DNA of 64,000 bases from Auanema rhodensis (GCA_964057225.1 OZ059900.1:3658001-3722000), one strand, 5' to 3'; positions 1-14,700 are shown, counted from the first letter of the stretch. Translations and numbers: made by a program. The notes: generated from the letters alone by a model not told the origin.

Positions 1-2699
1 ACTCATAAAAATAGACTTATTTCGTGTATTATGTGTTTGATTCTCGAATCTTAACAAATATGATCAAAATTTACAAGTATTACAGATTTTGTACCAAAAA
101 TCGGTGAGTATATGGTGTTAAAGGCATAAAAACGACCATACTTAGTGTAGTAATGCTATTTGAGCGAAAATCAGTATTTAAACATCACTAGCGTTTAAAT
201 GATGATTTTTGTTGTCATAGACAATAAAACTATGCTTCTGATCATATATATGAGCGATTTAGCCAAATTAGACTCAAAACTCGGAAATTTCAAAAATTCT
301 TTCTATTTTCGACCTTTTTTGATCAAAATGAATATATATCAGTGCAAGCTCATAAAAATAGACTGATTTTGTGTATTGTATGTTTGATTCTCAAATCTTA
401 ACGAATATGATCAAAATTTACGAGTATTACAGATTTTGTACCAAAAATCGGTGAGTATATGGTGTTAAAGGCATAAAAACGACCATACTTAGTGTAGTAA
501 AGCTATTTGAGTGAAATTCAGTGATTTACACATTATTAGTGTATATTTGAAGACTTTTGTTATCATAGACAGTAAAACTATGCTTTTGATCATATATATG
601 AGCGATTTAGCCCAATTGGACTCAAAACTCGGAAAATTCAAAAATTCTTTCTATTTTCGACCTTTTTTGATCAAAATGAATAAATATCAGTGCAAACTCA
701 TAAAAACAGACTTATTTCGTGTATTATGTGTTTGATTCTCGAATCTTAACGAATATGATCAAAATTTACAAGTATTACAGATTTTGTACCAAAAATCGGT
801 GAGTATATGGTGTTAAAGGCATAAAAACGACCATACTTAGTGTAGTAATGCTATTTGAGCGAAATTCAGTATTAAAACATCACTAGCGTTTAATTGATGA
901 CTTTTGTTGTTATAGACAATAAAACTATGCTTTTGATCATATATATGAGCGATTTAGCCAAATTGGACTCAAAACTCGGAAATTTCAAAAATTCTTTCTA
1001 TTTTCGATCTTTTTTGATCAAAATGAATAAATATCAGTGCAAACTCGTCAAAATAAACTTATTTCGTGTATTGTGTGTTTGATTCTCGAATCTCACCGAA
1101 TATGATCAAAATTTACGAGTATCACAGATTTTGTACCAAAAATCGGTGAGTATATGGTGTTAAAGGCATAAAAACGACCATACTTAGTGTAGTAATGCTA
1201 TTTGAGCGAAATTCAGTATTAAAACATCACTAGCGTTTAATTGATGACTTTTGTTGTTATAGACAATAAAACTATGCTTTTGATCATATATATGAGCGAT
1301 TTAGCCAAATTGGACTCAAAACTCGGAAATTTCAAAAATTCTTTCTATTTTCGATCTTTTTTGATCAAAATGAATAAATATCAGTGCAAACTTGTAAAAA
1401 TAGACTTATTTCGTGTATTATGTGTTTGATTCTCGAATCTTAACGAATATGATCAAAATTTACAAGTATTACAGATTTTGTACCAAAAATCGGTGAGTAT
1501 ATGGTGTTAAAGGCATAAAAACGACCATACTTAGTGTAGTAATGCTATTTGAGCGAAAATCAGTATTTAAACATCACTAGCGTTTAATTGATGATTTTTG
1601 TTGTCATAGACAATAAAACTATGCTTCTGATCATATATATGAGCGATTTAGCCAAATTAGACTCAAAACTCGGAAATTTCAAAAATTCTTTCTATTTTCG
1701 ACCTTTTTTGATCAAAATGAATATATATCAGTGCAAGCTCATAAAAATAGACTGATTTTGTGTATTGTATGTTTGGTTCTCAAATCTTAACGAATATGAT
1801 CAAAATTTACGAGTATTACAGATTTTGTACCAAAAATCGGTGAGTATATGGTGTTAAAGGCATAAAAACGACCATACTTAGTGTAGTAAAGCTATTTGAG
1901 TGAAATTCAGTGATTTACACATTATTAGTGTATATTTGAAAACTTTTGTTATCATAGACAGTAAAACTATGCTTTTGATCATATATATGAGCGATTTAGC
2001 CCAATTGGACTCAAAACTCGGAAAATTCAAAAATTCTTTCTATTTTCGACCTTTTTTGATCAAAATGAATAAATATCAGTGCAAACTCATAAAAACAGAC
2101 TTATTTCGTGTATTATGTGTTTGATTCTCGAATCTTAACGAATATGATCAAAATTTACAAGTATTACAGATTTTGTACCAAAAATCGGTGAGTATATGGT
2201 GTTAAAGGCATAAAAACGACCATACTTAGTGTAGTAATGCTATTTGAGCGAAATTTAGTGATTTAAACATCATTAGTGTTTAATTAATGACTTTTGTTGT
2301 CATAGACAATAAAACTATGCTTCTGATCATGTATATGAGCGATTTAGCCAAATTAGACTCAAAACTCGGAAATTTCAAAAATTCTTTCTATTTTCGACCT
2401 TTTTTGATCAAAATGAATAAATATCAGTGCAAACTCGTAAAAATAAACTTATTTCGTGTATTGTGTGTTTGATTATCGAATCTCACCGAATATGATCAAA
2501 ATTTACGAGTATCACAGATTTTGTACCAAAAATCGGTGAGTATATGGTGTTAATGGCATAAAAACGACCATACTTAGTGTAGTAATGCTATTTGAGTGAA
2601 ATTCAGTGATTTAATCATTATTAGTGTATATTTGAAGACTTTTGTTATCATAGACAATAAAACTATGCTTCTGATCATGTATATGAGCGATTTAGCCAA

Positions 2700-5600
2700 A
2701 TTAGACTCAAAACTCGGAAATTTCAAAAATTCTTTCTATTTTCGACCTTTTTTGATCAAAATGAATATATATCAGTGCAAACTCGTAAAAATAAACTTAT
2801 TTCGTGTATTGTGTGTTTGATTCTCGAATCTCACCGAATATGATCAAAATTTACGAGTATCACAGATTTTGTACCAAAAATCGGTGAGTATATGGTGTTA
2901 AAGGCATAAAAACGACCATACTTAGTGTAGTAATGCTATTTGAGCGAAATTTAGTGATTTAAACATCATTAGTGTTTAATTAATGACTTTTGTTGTCATA
3001 GACAATAAAACTATGCTTCTGATCATGTATATGAGCGATTTAGCCAAATTAGACTCAAAACTCGGAAATTTCAAAAATTCTTTCTATTTTCGACCTTTTT
3101 TGATCAAAATGAATATATATCAGTGCAAACTCATAAAAATAGACTGATTTTGTTTATTGTGTGTTTGATTTTCAAATCTTAACAAATATGATCAAAATTT
3201 ACGAGTATTACAGATTTTGTAGCAAAAATCGGTGAGTATATGGTGTTAAAGGCATAAAAACGACCATACTTAGTGTAGTAATGCTATTTGAGCGAAAATC
3301 AGTATTTAAACATCACTAGCGTTTAATTGATGATTTTTGTTGTCATAGACAATAAAACTATGCTTCTGATCATGTATATGAGCGATTTAGCCAAATTAGA
3401 CTCAAAACTCGGAAATTTCAAAAATTCTTTCTATTTTCGACCTTTTTTGATCAAAATGAATATATATCAGTGCAAGCTCATAAAAGTAGACTGATTTTGT
3501 GTATTGTATGTTTCATTCTCAAATCTTAACGAATATGATCAAAATTTACGAGTATTACAGATTTTGTACCAAAAATCGGTGAGTATATGGTGTTAAAGGC
3601 ATAAAAACGACCATACTTAGTGTAGTAAAGCTATTTGAGTGGAATTCAGTGATTTACACATTATTAGTGTAAATTTGAAGACTTTTGTTATCATAGACAG
3701 TAAAACTATGCTTTTGATCTTATATATGAGCGATTTAGCCAAATTGGACTCAAAACTCGGAAAATTCAAAAATTCTTTCTATTTTCGACCTTTTTTGATC
3801 AAAATGAATAAATATCAGTGCAAACTCATAAAAATAGACTTATTTCGTGTATTATGTGTTTGATTCTCGAATCTTAACAAATATGATCAAAATTTACAAG
3901 TATTACAGATTTTGTACCAAAAATCGGTGAGTATATGGTGTTAAAGGCATAAAAACGACCATACTTAGTGTAGTAATGCTATTTGAGCGAAAATCAGTAT
4001 TTAAACATCACTAGCGTTTAAATGATGATTTTTGTTGTCATAGACAATAAAACTATGCTTCTGATCATATATATGAGCGATTTAGCCAAATTAGACTCAA
4101 AACTCGGAAATTTCAAAAATTCTTTCTATTTTCGACCTTTTTTGATCAAAATGAATATATATCAGTGCAAGCTCATAAAAATAGACTGATTTTGTGAATT
4201 GTATGTTTGATTCTCAAATCTTAACGAATATGATCAAAATTTACGAGTATTACAGATTTTGTACCAAAAATCGGTGAGTATATGGTGTTAAAGGCATAAA
4301 AACGACCATACTTAGTGTAGTAAAGCTATTTGAGTGAAATTCAGTGATTTACACATTATTAGTGTATATTTGAAGACTTTTGTTATCATAGACAGTAAAA
4401 CTATGCTTTTGATCATATATATGAGCGATTTAGCCCAATTGGACTCAAAACTCGGAAAATTCAAAAATTCTTTCTATTTTCGACCTTTTTTGATCAAAAT
4501 GAATAAATATCAGTGCAAACTCATAAAAATAGACTTATTTCGTGTATTATGTGTTCGATTCTCGAATCTTAACAAATATGATCAAAATTTACAAGTATTA
4601 CAGATTTTGTACCAAAAATCGGTGAGTATATGGTGTTAAAGGCATAAAAACGACCATACTTAGTGTAGTAATGCTATTTGAGCGAAATTTAGTGATTTAA
4701 ACATCATTAGTGTTTAATTAATGACTTTTGTTGTCATAGACAATAAAACTATGCTTCTGATCATATATATGAGCGATTTAGCCCAATTGAACTCAAAACT
4801 CGGAAAATTCAAAAATTCTTTCTATTTTCGACCTTTTTTGATCAAAATGAATAAATATCAGTGCAAACTCATAAAAATAGACTTATTTCGTGTATTATGT
4901 GTTTGATTCTCGAATCTTAACAAATATGATCAAAATTTACAAGTATTACAGATTTTGTACCAAAAATCGGTGAGTATATGGTGTTAAAGGCATAAAAACG
5001 ACCATACTTAGTGTAGTAAAGCTATTTGAGTAAAATTCAGTGATTTACACATTATTAGTGTATATTTGAAGACTTTTGTTATCATAGACATTAAAACTAT
5101 GCTTTTGATCATATAAATGAGCGATTTAGCCAAATTAGACTCAAAACTCGGAAATTTCAAAAATTCTTTCTATTTTCGACCTTTTTTGATCAAAATGAAT
5201 ATATATCAGTGCAAACTCGTAAAAATAAACTTATTTCGTGTATTGTGTGTTTGATTCTCGAATCTCACCGAATATGATCAAAATTTACGAGTATCACAGA
5301 TTTTGTACCAAAAATCGGTGAGTATATGGTGTTAAAGGCATAAAAACGACCATACTTAGTGTAGTAATGCTATTTGAGCGAAATTTAGTGATTTAAACAT
5401 CATTAGTGTTTAATTAATGACTTTTGTTGTCATAGACAATAAAACTATGCTTCTGATCATGTATATGAGCGATTTAGCCAAATTAGACTCAAAACTCGGA
5501 AATTTCAAAAATTCTTTCTATTTTCGACCTTTTTTGATCAAAATGAATATATATCAGTGCAAACTCATAAAAATAGACTGATTTTGTTTATTGTGTGTTT

Positions 5601-7520
5601 GATTTTCAAATCTTAACAAATATGATCAAAATTTACGAGTATTACAGATTTTGTAGCAAAAATCGGTGAGTATATGGTGTTAAAGGCATAAAAACGACCA
5701 TACTTAGTGTAGTAATGCTATTTGAGCGAAAATCAGTATTTAAACATCACTAGCGTTTAATTGATGATTTTTGTTGTCATAGACAATAAAACTATGCTTC
5801 TGATCATGTATATGAGCGATTTAGCCAAATTAGACTCAAAACTCGGAAATTTCAAAAATTCTTTCTATTTTCGACCTTTTTTGATCAAAATGAATATATA
5901 TCAGTGCAAGCTCATAAAAGTAGACTGATTTTGTGTATTGTATGTTTCATTCTCAAATCTTAACGAATATGATCAAAATTTACGAGTATTACAGATTTTG
6001 TACCAAAAATCGGTGAGTATATGGTGTTAAAGGCATAAAAACGACCATACTTAGTGTAGTAAAGCTATTTGAGTGGAATTCAGTGATTTACACATTATTA
6101 GTGTAAATTTGAAGACTTTTGTTATCATAGACAGTAAAACTATGCTTTTGATCTTATATATGAGCGATTTAGCCAAATTGGACTCAAAACTCGGAAAATT
6201 CAAAAATTCTTTCTATTTTCGACCTTTTTTGATCAAAATGAATAAATATCAGTGCAAACTCATAAAAATAGACTTATTTCGTGTATTATGTGTTTGATTC
6301 TCAAATCTTAACAAATATGATCAAAATTTACAAGTATTACAGATTTTGTACCAAAAATCGGTGAGTATATGGTGTTAAAGGCATAAAAACGACCATACTT
6401 AGTGTAGTAATGCTATTTGAGCGAAAATCAGTATTTAAACATCACTAGCGTTTAAATGATGATTTTTGTTGTCATAGACAATAAAACTATGCTTCTGATC
6501 ATATATATGAGCGATTTAGCCAAATTAGACTCAAAACTCGGAAATTTCAAAAATTCTTTCTATTTTCGACCTTTTTTGATCAAAATGAATATATATCAGT
6601 GCAAGCTCATAAAAATAGACTGATTTTGTGAATTGTATGTTTGATTCTCAAATCTTAACGAATATGATCAAAATTTACGAGTATTACAGATTTTGTACCA
6701 AAAATCGGTGAGTATATGGTGTTAAAGGCATAAAAACGACCATACTTAGTGTAGTAAAGCTATTTGAGTGAAATTCAGTGATTTACACATTATTAGTGTA
6801 TATTTGAAGACTTTTGTTATCATAGACAGTAAAACTATGCTTTTGATCATATATATGAGCGATTTAGCCCAATTGGACTCAAAACTCGGAAAATTCAAAA
6901 ATTCTTTCTATTTTCGACCTTTTTTGATCAAAATGAATAAATATCAGTGCAAACTCATAAAAATAGACTTATTTCGTGTATTATGTGTTCGATTCTCGAA
7001 TCTTAACAAATATGATCAAAATTTACAAGTATTACAGATTTTGTACCAAAAATCGGTGAGTATATGGTGTTAAAGGCATAAAAACGACCATACTTAGTGT
7101 AGTAATGCTATTTGAGCGAAATTTAGTGATTTAAACATCATTAGTGTTTAATTAATGACTTTTGTTGTCATAGACAATAAAACTATGCTTCTGATCATAT
7201 ATATGAGCGATTTAGCCCAATTGAACTCAAAACTCGGAAAATTCAAAAATTCTTTCTATTTTCGACCTTTTTTGATCAAAATGAATAAATATCAGTGCAA
7301 ACTCATAAAAATAGACTTATTTCGTGTATTATGTGTTTGATTCTCGAATCTTAACAAATATGATCAAAATTTACAAGTATTACAGATTTTGTACCAAAAA
7401 TCGGTGAGTATATGGTGTTAAAGGCATAAAAACGACCATACTTAGTGTAGTAAAGCTATTTGAGTAAAATTCAGTGATTTACACATTATTAGTGTATATT
7501 TGAAGACTTTTGTTATCATA
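2700..7520 (+). repeat. Higher-order repeat: 7-monomer unit (2,434 bp) x2; boundaries approximate
   Basis: Private variants recur at +2434: TTGTAGCAAAA (about 3221/5655), TGTTCGATT (about 4555/6989) and TGAGTAAAAT (about 5030/7464). ORF pairs 3639/6073, 4334/6768 and 4721/7155. Confidence 0.88.
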
Positions 7521-9639
7521 GAAAGTAAAACTATGCTTCTGATCATATATATGAGCGATTTAGCCCAATTGGACTCAAAACTCGGAAAATTCAAAAATTC
7601 TTTCTATTTTCGACCTTTTTTGATCAAAATGAATAAATATCAGTGCAAACTCGTGAAAATAAACTCATTTTGTGTATTGTGTGTTTGATTCTCGAATCTT
7701 AACGAATATGATCAAAATTTACGAGTATCACAGATTTTGTACCAAAAATCGGTGAGTATATGGTGTTGAAGGTATAAAAACGACCATACTTAGTGTAGTA
7801 ATGCTATTTGAGCGAAAATCAGTATTTAAACATCATTAGTGTTTAATTAATGACTTTTGTTGTCATAGACAATAAAACTATGCTTCTGATCATATATATG
7901 AGCGATTTAGCCAAATTAGACTCAAAACTCGTAAATTTCAAAAATTCTTTCTATTTTCGACCTTTTTTGATCAAAATGAATAAATATCAGTGCAAACTTG
8001 TAAAAATGAACTTATTTCGTGTATTGTGTGTTTAATTTTTGAATCTTAACGAATATGATCAAAATTTACGAGTTTCACAGATTTTGTACCAAAAATCGGT
8101 GAGTATATGGTGTTAAAGGCATAAAAACGACCATCCTTAGTGTAGTAATGCTATTTGAGCGAAATTCAGTGATTTAAACATCATTAGTGTTCAATTAATG
8201 ACTTTTGTTGTCATAGACAATACATCTATGCTTCTGATCATATATATGAGCGATTTAGCCAAATTAGACTCAAAACTCGGAAATTTCAAAAAATCTTTCT
8301 ATTTTCGACCTTTTTTGATCAAAATGAATAAATATCAGTGCAAACTCGTCAAAATAAACTTATTTCGTGTATTGTGTGTTTGATTCTCGAATCTCACCGA
8401 ATATGATCAAAATTTACGAGTATCACAGATTTTGTACCAAAAATCGGTGAGTATATGGTGTTAAAGGCATAAAAACGACCATACTTAGTGTAGTAATGCT
8501 ATTTGAGCGAAATTCAGTATTAAAACATCACTAGCGTTTAATTGATGACTTTTGTTGTTATAGACAATAAAACTATGCTTTTGATCATATATATGAGCGA
8601 TTTAGCCAAATTGGACTCAAAACTCGGAAATTTCAAAAATTCTTTCTATTTTCGATCTTTTTTGATCAAAATGAATAAATATCAGTGCAAACTTGTAAAA
8701 ATAGACTTATTTCGTGTATTATGTGTTTGATTCTCGAATCTTAACGAATATGATCAAAATTTACAAGTATTACAGATTTTGTACCAAAAATCGGTGAGTA
8801 TATGGTGTTAAAGGCATAAAAACGACCATACTTAGTGTAGTAATGCTATTTGAGCGAAAATCAGTATTTAAACATCACTAGCGTTTAATTGATGATTTTT
8901 GTTGTCATAGACAATAAAACTATGCTTCTGATCATATATATGAGCGATTTAGCCAAATTAGACTCAAAACTCGGAAATTTCAAAAATTCTTTCTATTTTC
9001 GACCTTTTTTGATCAAAATGAATATATATCAGTGCAAGCTCATAAAAATAGACTGATTTTGTGTATTGTATGTTTGATTCTCAAATCTTAACGAATATGA
9101 TCAAAATTTACGAGTATTACAGATTTTGTACCAAAAATCGGTGAGTATATGGTGTTAAAGGCATAAAAACGACCATACTTAGTGTAGTAATGCTATTTGA
9201 GCGAAATTCAGTATTAAAACATCACTAGCGTTTAATTGATGACTTTTGTTGTTATAGACAATAAAACTATGCTTTTGATCATATATATGAGCGATTTAGC
9301 CAAATTGGACTCAAAACTCGGAAATTTCAAAAATTCTTTCTATTTTCGATCTTTTTTGATCAAAATGAATAAATATCAGTGCAAACTTGTAAAAATAGAC
9401 TTATTTCGTGTATTATGTGTTTGATTCTCGAATCTTAACGAATATGATCAAAATTTACAAGTATTACAGATTTTGTACCAAAAATCGGTGAGTATATGGT
9501 GTTAAAGGCATAAAAACGACCATACTTAGTGTAGTAATGCTATTTGAGCGAAAATCAGTATTTAAACATCACTAGCGTTTAATTGATGATTTTTGTTGTC
9601 ATAGACAATAAAACTATGCTTCTGATCATATATATGAGC

Positions 9640-12600
9640 GATTTAGCCAAATTAGACTCAAAACTCGGAAATTTCAAAAATTCTTTCTATTTTCGACCTT
9701 TTTTGATCAAAATGAATATATATCAGTGCAAGCTCATAAAAATAGACTGATTTTGTGTATTGTATGTTTGATTCTCAAATCTTAACGAATATGATCAAAA
9801 TTTACGAGTATTACAGATTTTGTACCAAAAATCGGTGAGTATATGGTGTTAAAGGCATAAAAACGACCATACTTAGTGTAGTAAAGCTATTTGAGTGAAA
9901 TTCAGTGATTTACACATTATTAGTGTATATTTGAAAACTTTTGTTATCATAGACAGTAAAACTATGCTTTTGATCATATATATGAGCGATTTAGCCCAAT
10001 TGGACTCAAAACTCGGAAAATTCAAAAATTCTTTCTATTTTCGACCTTTTTTGATCAAAATGAATAAATATCAGTGCAAACTCATAAAAATAGACTTATT
10101 TCGTGTATTATGTGTTTGATTCTCGAATCTTAACGAATATGATCAAAATTTACAAGTATTACAGATTTTGTACCAAAAATCGGTGAGTATATGGTGTTAA
10201 AGGCATAAAAACGACCATACTTAGTGTAGTAATGCTATTTGAGCGAAATTTAGTGATTTAAACATCATTAGTGTTTAATTAATGACTTTTGTTGTCATAG
10301 ACAATAAAACTATGCTTCTGATCATGTATATGAGCGATTTAGCCAAATTAGACTCAAAACTCGGAAATTTCAAAAATTCTTTCTATTTTCGACCTTTTTT
10401 GATCAAAATGAATAAATATCAGTGCAAACTCGTAAAAATAAACTTATTTCGTGTATTGTGTGTTTGATTCTCGAATCTCACCGAATATGATCAAAATTTA
10501 CGAGTATCACAGATTTTGTACCAAAAATCGGTGAGTATATGGTGTTAATGGCATAAAAACGACCATACTTAGTGTAGTAATGCTATTTGAGTGAAATTCA
10601 GTGATTTAATCATTATTAGTGTATATTTGAAGACTTTTGTTATCATAGACAATAAAACTATGCTTCTGATCATGTATATGAGCGATTTAGCCAAATTAGA
10701 CTCAAAACTCGGAAATTTCAAAAATTCTTTCTATTTTCGACCTTTTTTGATCAAAATGAATATATATCAGTGCAAACTCGTAAAAATAAACTTATTTCGT
10801 GTATTGTGTGTTTGATTCTCGAATCTCACCGAATATGATCAAAATTTACGAGTATCACAGATTTTGTACCAAAAATCGGTGAGTATATGGTGTTAAAGGC
10901 ATAAAAACGACCATACTTAGTGTAGTAATGCTATTTGAGCGAAATTTAGTGATTTAAACATCATTAGTGTTTAATTAATGACTTTTGTTGTCATAGACAA
11001 TAAAACTATGCTTCTGATCATGTATATGAGCGATTTAGCCAAATTAGACTCAAAACTCGGAAATTTCAAAAATTCTTTCTATTTTCGACCTTTTTTGATC
11101 AAAATGAATATATATCAGTGCAAACTCATAAAAATAGACTGATTTTGTTTATTGTGTGTTTGATTTTCAAATCTTAACAAATATGATCAAAATTTACGAG
11201 TATTACAGATTTTGTACCAAAAATCGGTGAGTATATGGTGTTAAAGGCATAAAAACGACCATACTTAGTGTAGTAATGCTATTTGAGCGAAAATCAGTAT
11301 TTAAACATCACTAGCGTTTAATTGATGATTTTTGTTGTCATAGACAATAAAACTATGCTTCTGATCATGTATATGAGCGATTTAGCCAAATTAGACTCAA
11401 AACTCGGAAATTTCAAAAATTCTTTCTATTTTCGACCTTTTTTGATCAAAATGAATATATATCAGTGCAAGCTCATAAAAATAGACTGATTTTGTGTATT
11501 GTATGTTTCATTCTCAAATCTTAACGAATATGATCAAAATTTACGAGTATTACAGATTTTGTACCAAAAATCGGTGAGTATATGGTGTTAAAGGCATAAA
11601 AACGACCATACTTAGTGTAATAAAGCTATTTGAGTGGAATTCAGTGATTTACACATTATTAGTGTAAATTTGAAGACTTTTGTTATCATAGACAGTAAAA
11701 CTATGCTTTTGATCTTATATATGAGCGATTTAGCCAAATTAGACTCAAAACTCGGAAATTTCAAAAATTCTTTCTATTTTCGACCTTTTTTGATCAAAAT
11801 GAATATATATCAGTGCAAACTCATAAAAATAGACTGATTTTGTTTATTGTGTGTTTGATTTTCAAATCTTAACGAATATGATCAAAATTTACGAGTATCA
11901 CAGATTTTGTACCAAAAATCGGTGAGTATATGGTGTTAAAGGCATAAAAACGACCATACTTAGTGTAGTAATGCTATTTGAGCGAAAATCAGTATTTAAA
12001 CATCACTAGCGTTTAATTGATGACTTTTGTTGTCATAGACAATACAACTATGCTTCTGATCATGTATATGAGCGATTTAGCCAAATTAGACTCAAAACTC
12101 GGAAATTTCAAAAATTCTTTCTATTTTCGACCTTTTTTGATCAAAATGAATATATATCAGTGCAAGCTCATAAAAATAGACTGATTTTGTGTATTGTATG
12201 TTTGATTCTCAAATCTTAACGAATATGATCAAAATTTACGAGTATTACAGATTTTGTACCAAAAATCGGTGAGTATATGGTGTTAAAGGCATAAAAACGA
12301 CCATACTTAGTGTAGTAAAGCTATTTGAGTGAAATTCAGTGATTTACACATTATTAGTGTATATTTGAAAACTTTTGTTATCATAGACAGTAAAACTATG
12401 CTTTTGATCATATATATGAGCGATTTAGCCCAATTGGACTCAAAACTCGGAAAATTCAAAAATTCTTTCTATTTTCGACCTTTTTTGATCAAAATGAATA
12501 AATATCAGTGCAAACTCATAAAAATAGACTTATTTCGTGTATTATGTGTTTGATTCTCGAATCTTAACGAATATGATCAAAATTTACAAGTATTACAGAT

Positions 12601-14700
12601 TTTGTACCAAAAATCGGTGAGTATATGGTGTTAAAGGCATAAAAACGACCATACTTAGTGTAGTAATGCTATTTGAGCGAAATTTAGTGATTTAAACATC
12701 ATTAGTGTTTAATTAATGACTTTTGTTGTCATAGACAATAAAACTATGCTTCTGATCATGTATATGAGCGATTTAGCCAAATTAGACTCAAAACTCGGAA
12801 ATTTCAAAAATTCTTTCTATTTTCGACCTTTTTTGATCAAAATGAATAAATATCAGTGCAAACTCGTAAAAATAAACTTATTTCGTGTATTGTGTGTTTG
12901 ATTCTCGAATCTCACCGAATATGATCAAAATTTACGAGTATCACAGATTTTGTACCAAAAATCGGTGAGTATATGGTGTTAATGGCATAAAAACGACCAT
13001 ACTTAGTGTAGTAATGCTATTTGAGTGAAATTCAGTGATTTAATCATTATTAGTGTATATTTGAAGACTTTTGTTATCATAGACAATAAAACTATGCTTC
13101 TGATCATGTATATGAGCGATTTAGCCAAATTAGACTCAAAACTCGGAAATTTCAAAAATTCTTTCTATTTTCGACCTTTTTTGATCAAAATGAATATATA
13201 TCAGTGCAAACTCGTAAAAATAAACTTATTTCGTGTATTGTGTGTTTGATTCTCGAATCTCACCGAATATGATCAAAATTTACGAGTATCACAGATTTTG
13301 TACCAAAAATCGGTGAGTATATGGTGTTAAAGGCATAAAAACGACCATACTTAGTGTAGTAATGCTATTTGAGCGAAATTTAGTGATTTAAACATCATTA
13401 GTGTTTAATTAATGACTTTTGTTGTCATAGACAATAAAACTATGCTTCTGATCATGTATATGAGCGATTTAGCCAAATTAGACTCAAAACTCGGAAATTT
13501 CAAAAATTCTTTCTATTTTCGACCTTTTTTGATCAAAATGAATATATATCAGTGCAAACTCATAAAAATAGACTGATTTTGTTTATTGTGTGTTTGATTT
13601 TCAAATCTTAACAAATATGATCAAAATTTACGAGTATTACAGATTTTGTACCAAAAATCGGTGAGTATATGGTGTTAAAGGCATAAAAACGACCATACTT
13701 AGTGTAGTAATGCTATTTGAGCGAAAATCAGTATTTAAACATCACTAGCGTTTAATTGATGATTTTTGTTGTCATAGACAATAAAACTATGCTTCTGATC
13801 ATGTATATGAGCGATTTAGCCAAATTAGACTCAAAACTCGGAAATTTCAAAAATTCTTTCTATTTTCGACCTTTTTTGATCAAAATGAATATATATCAGT
13901 GCAAGCTCATAAAAATAGACTGATTTTGTGTATTGTATGTTTCATTCTCAAATCTTAACGAATATGATCAAAATTTACGAGTATTACAGATTTTGTACCA
14001 AAAATCGGTGAGTATATGGTGTTAAAGGCATAAAAACGACCATACTTAGTGTAGTAAAGCTATTTGAGTGGAATTCAGTGATTTACACATTATTAGTGTA
14101 AATTTGAAGACTTTTGTTATCATAGACAGTAAAACTATGCTTTTGATCTTATATATGAGCGATTTAGCCAAATTAGACTCAAAACTCGGAAATTTCAAAA
14201 ATTCTTTCTATTTTCGACCATTTTGATCAAAATGAATATATATCAGTGCAAACTCATAAAAATAGACTGATTTTGTTTATTGTGTGTTTGATTTTCAAAT
14301 CTTAACGAATATGATCAAAATTTACGAGTATCACAGATTTTGTACCAAAAATCGGTGAGTATATGGTGTTAAAGGCATAAAAACGACCATACTTAGTGTA
14401 GTAATGCTATTTGAGCGAAAATCAGTATTTAAACATCACTAGCGTTTAATTGATGACTTTTGTTGTCATAGACAATACAACTATGCTTCTGATCATGTAT
14501 ATGAGCGATTTAGCCAAATTAGACTCAAAACTCGGAAATTTCAAAAATTCTTTCTATTTTCGACCTTTTTTGATCAAAATGAATATATATCAGTGCAAGC
14601 TCATAAAAATAGACTGATTTTGTGTATTGTATGTTTGATTCTCAAATCTTAACGAATATGATCAAAATTTACGAGTATTACAGATTTTGTACCAAAAATC
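9640..14700 (+). repeat. Higher-order repeat: second 7-monomer unit (2,434 bp) x2; boundaries approximate
   Basis: ORF pairs 9895/12329, 10282/12716 and 10591/13025; variant AATACAACTA at about 12041 and 14475. Confidence 0.85.

Noticed and set aside
1-700. Satellite-encoded hammerhead ribozyme, as known from some animal satellites
   Set aside because: I found no CTGANGA core on either strand (nearest: CTGATCA, TTGATGA, CTAATGA) and no matching three-stem arrangement with GAAA. An Infernal/Rfam search would settle it.
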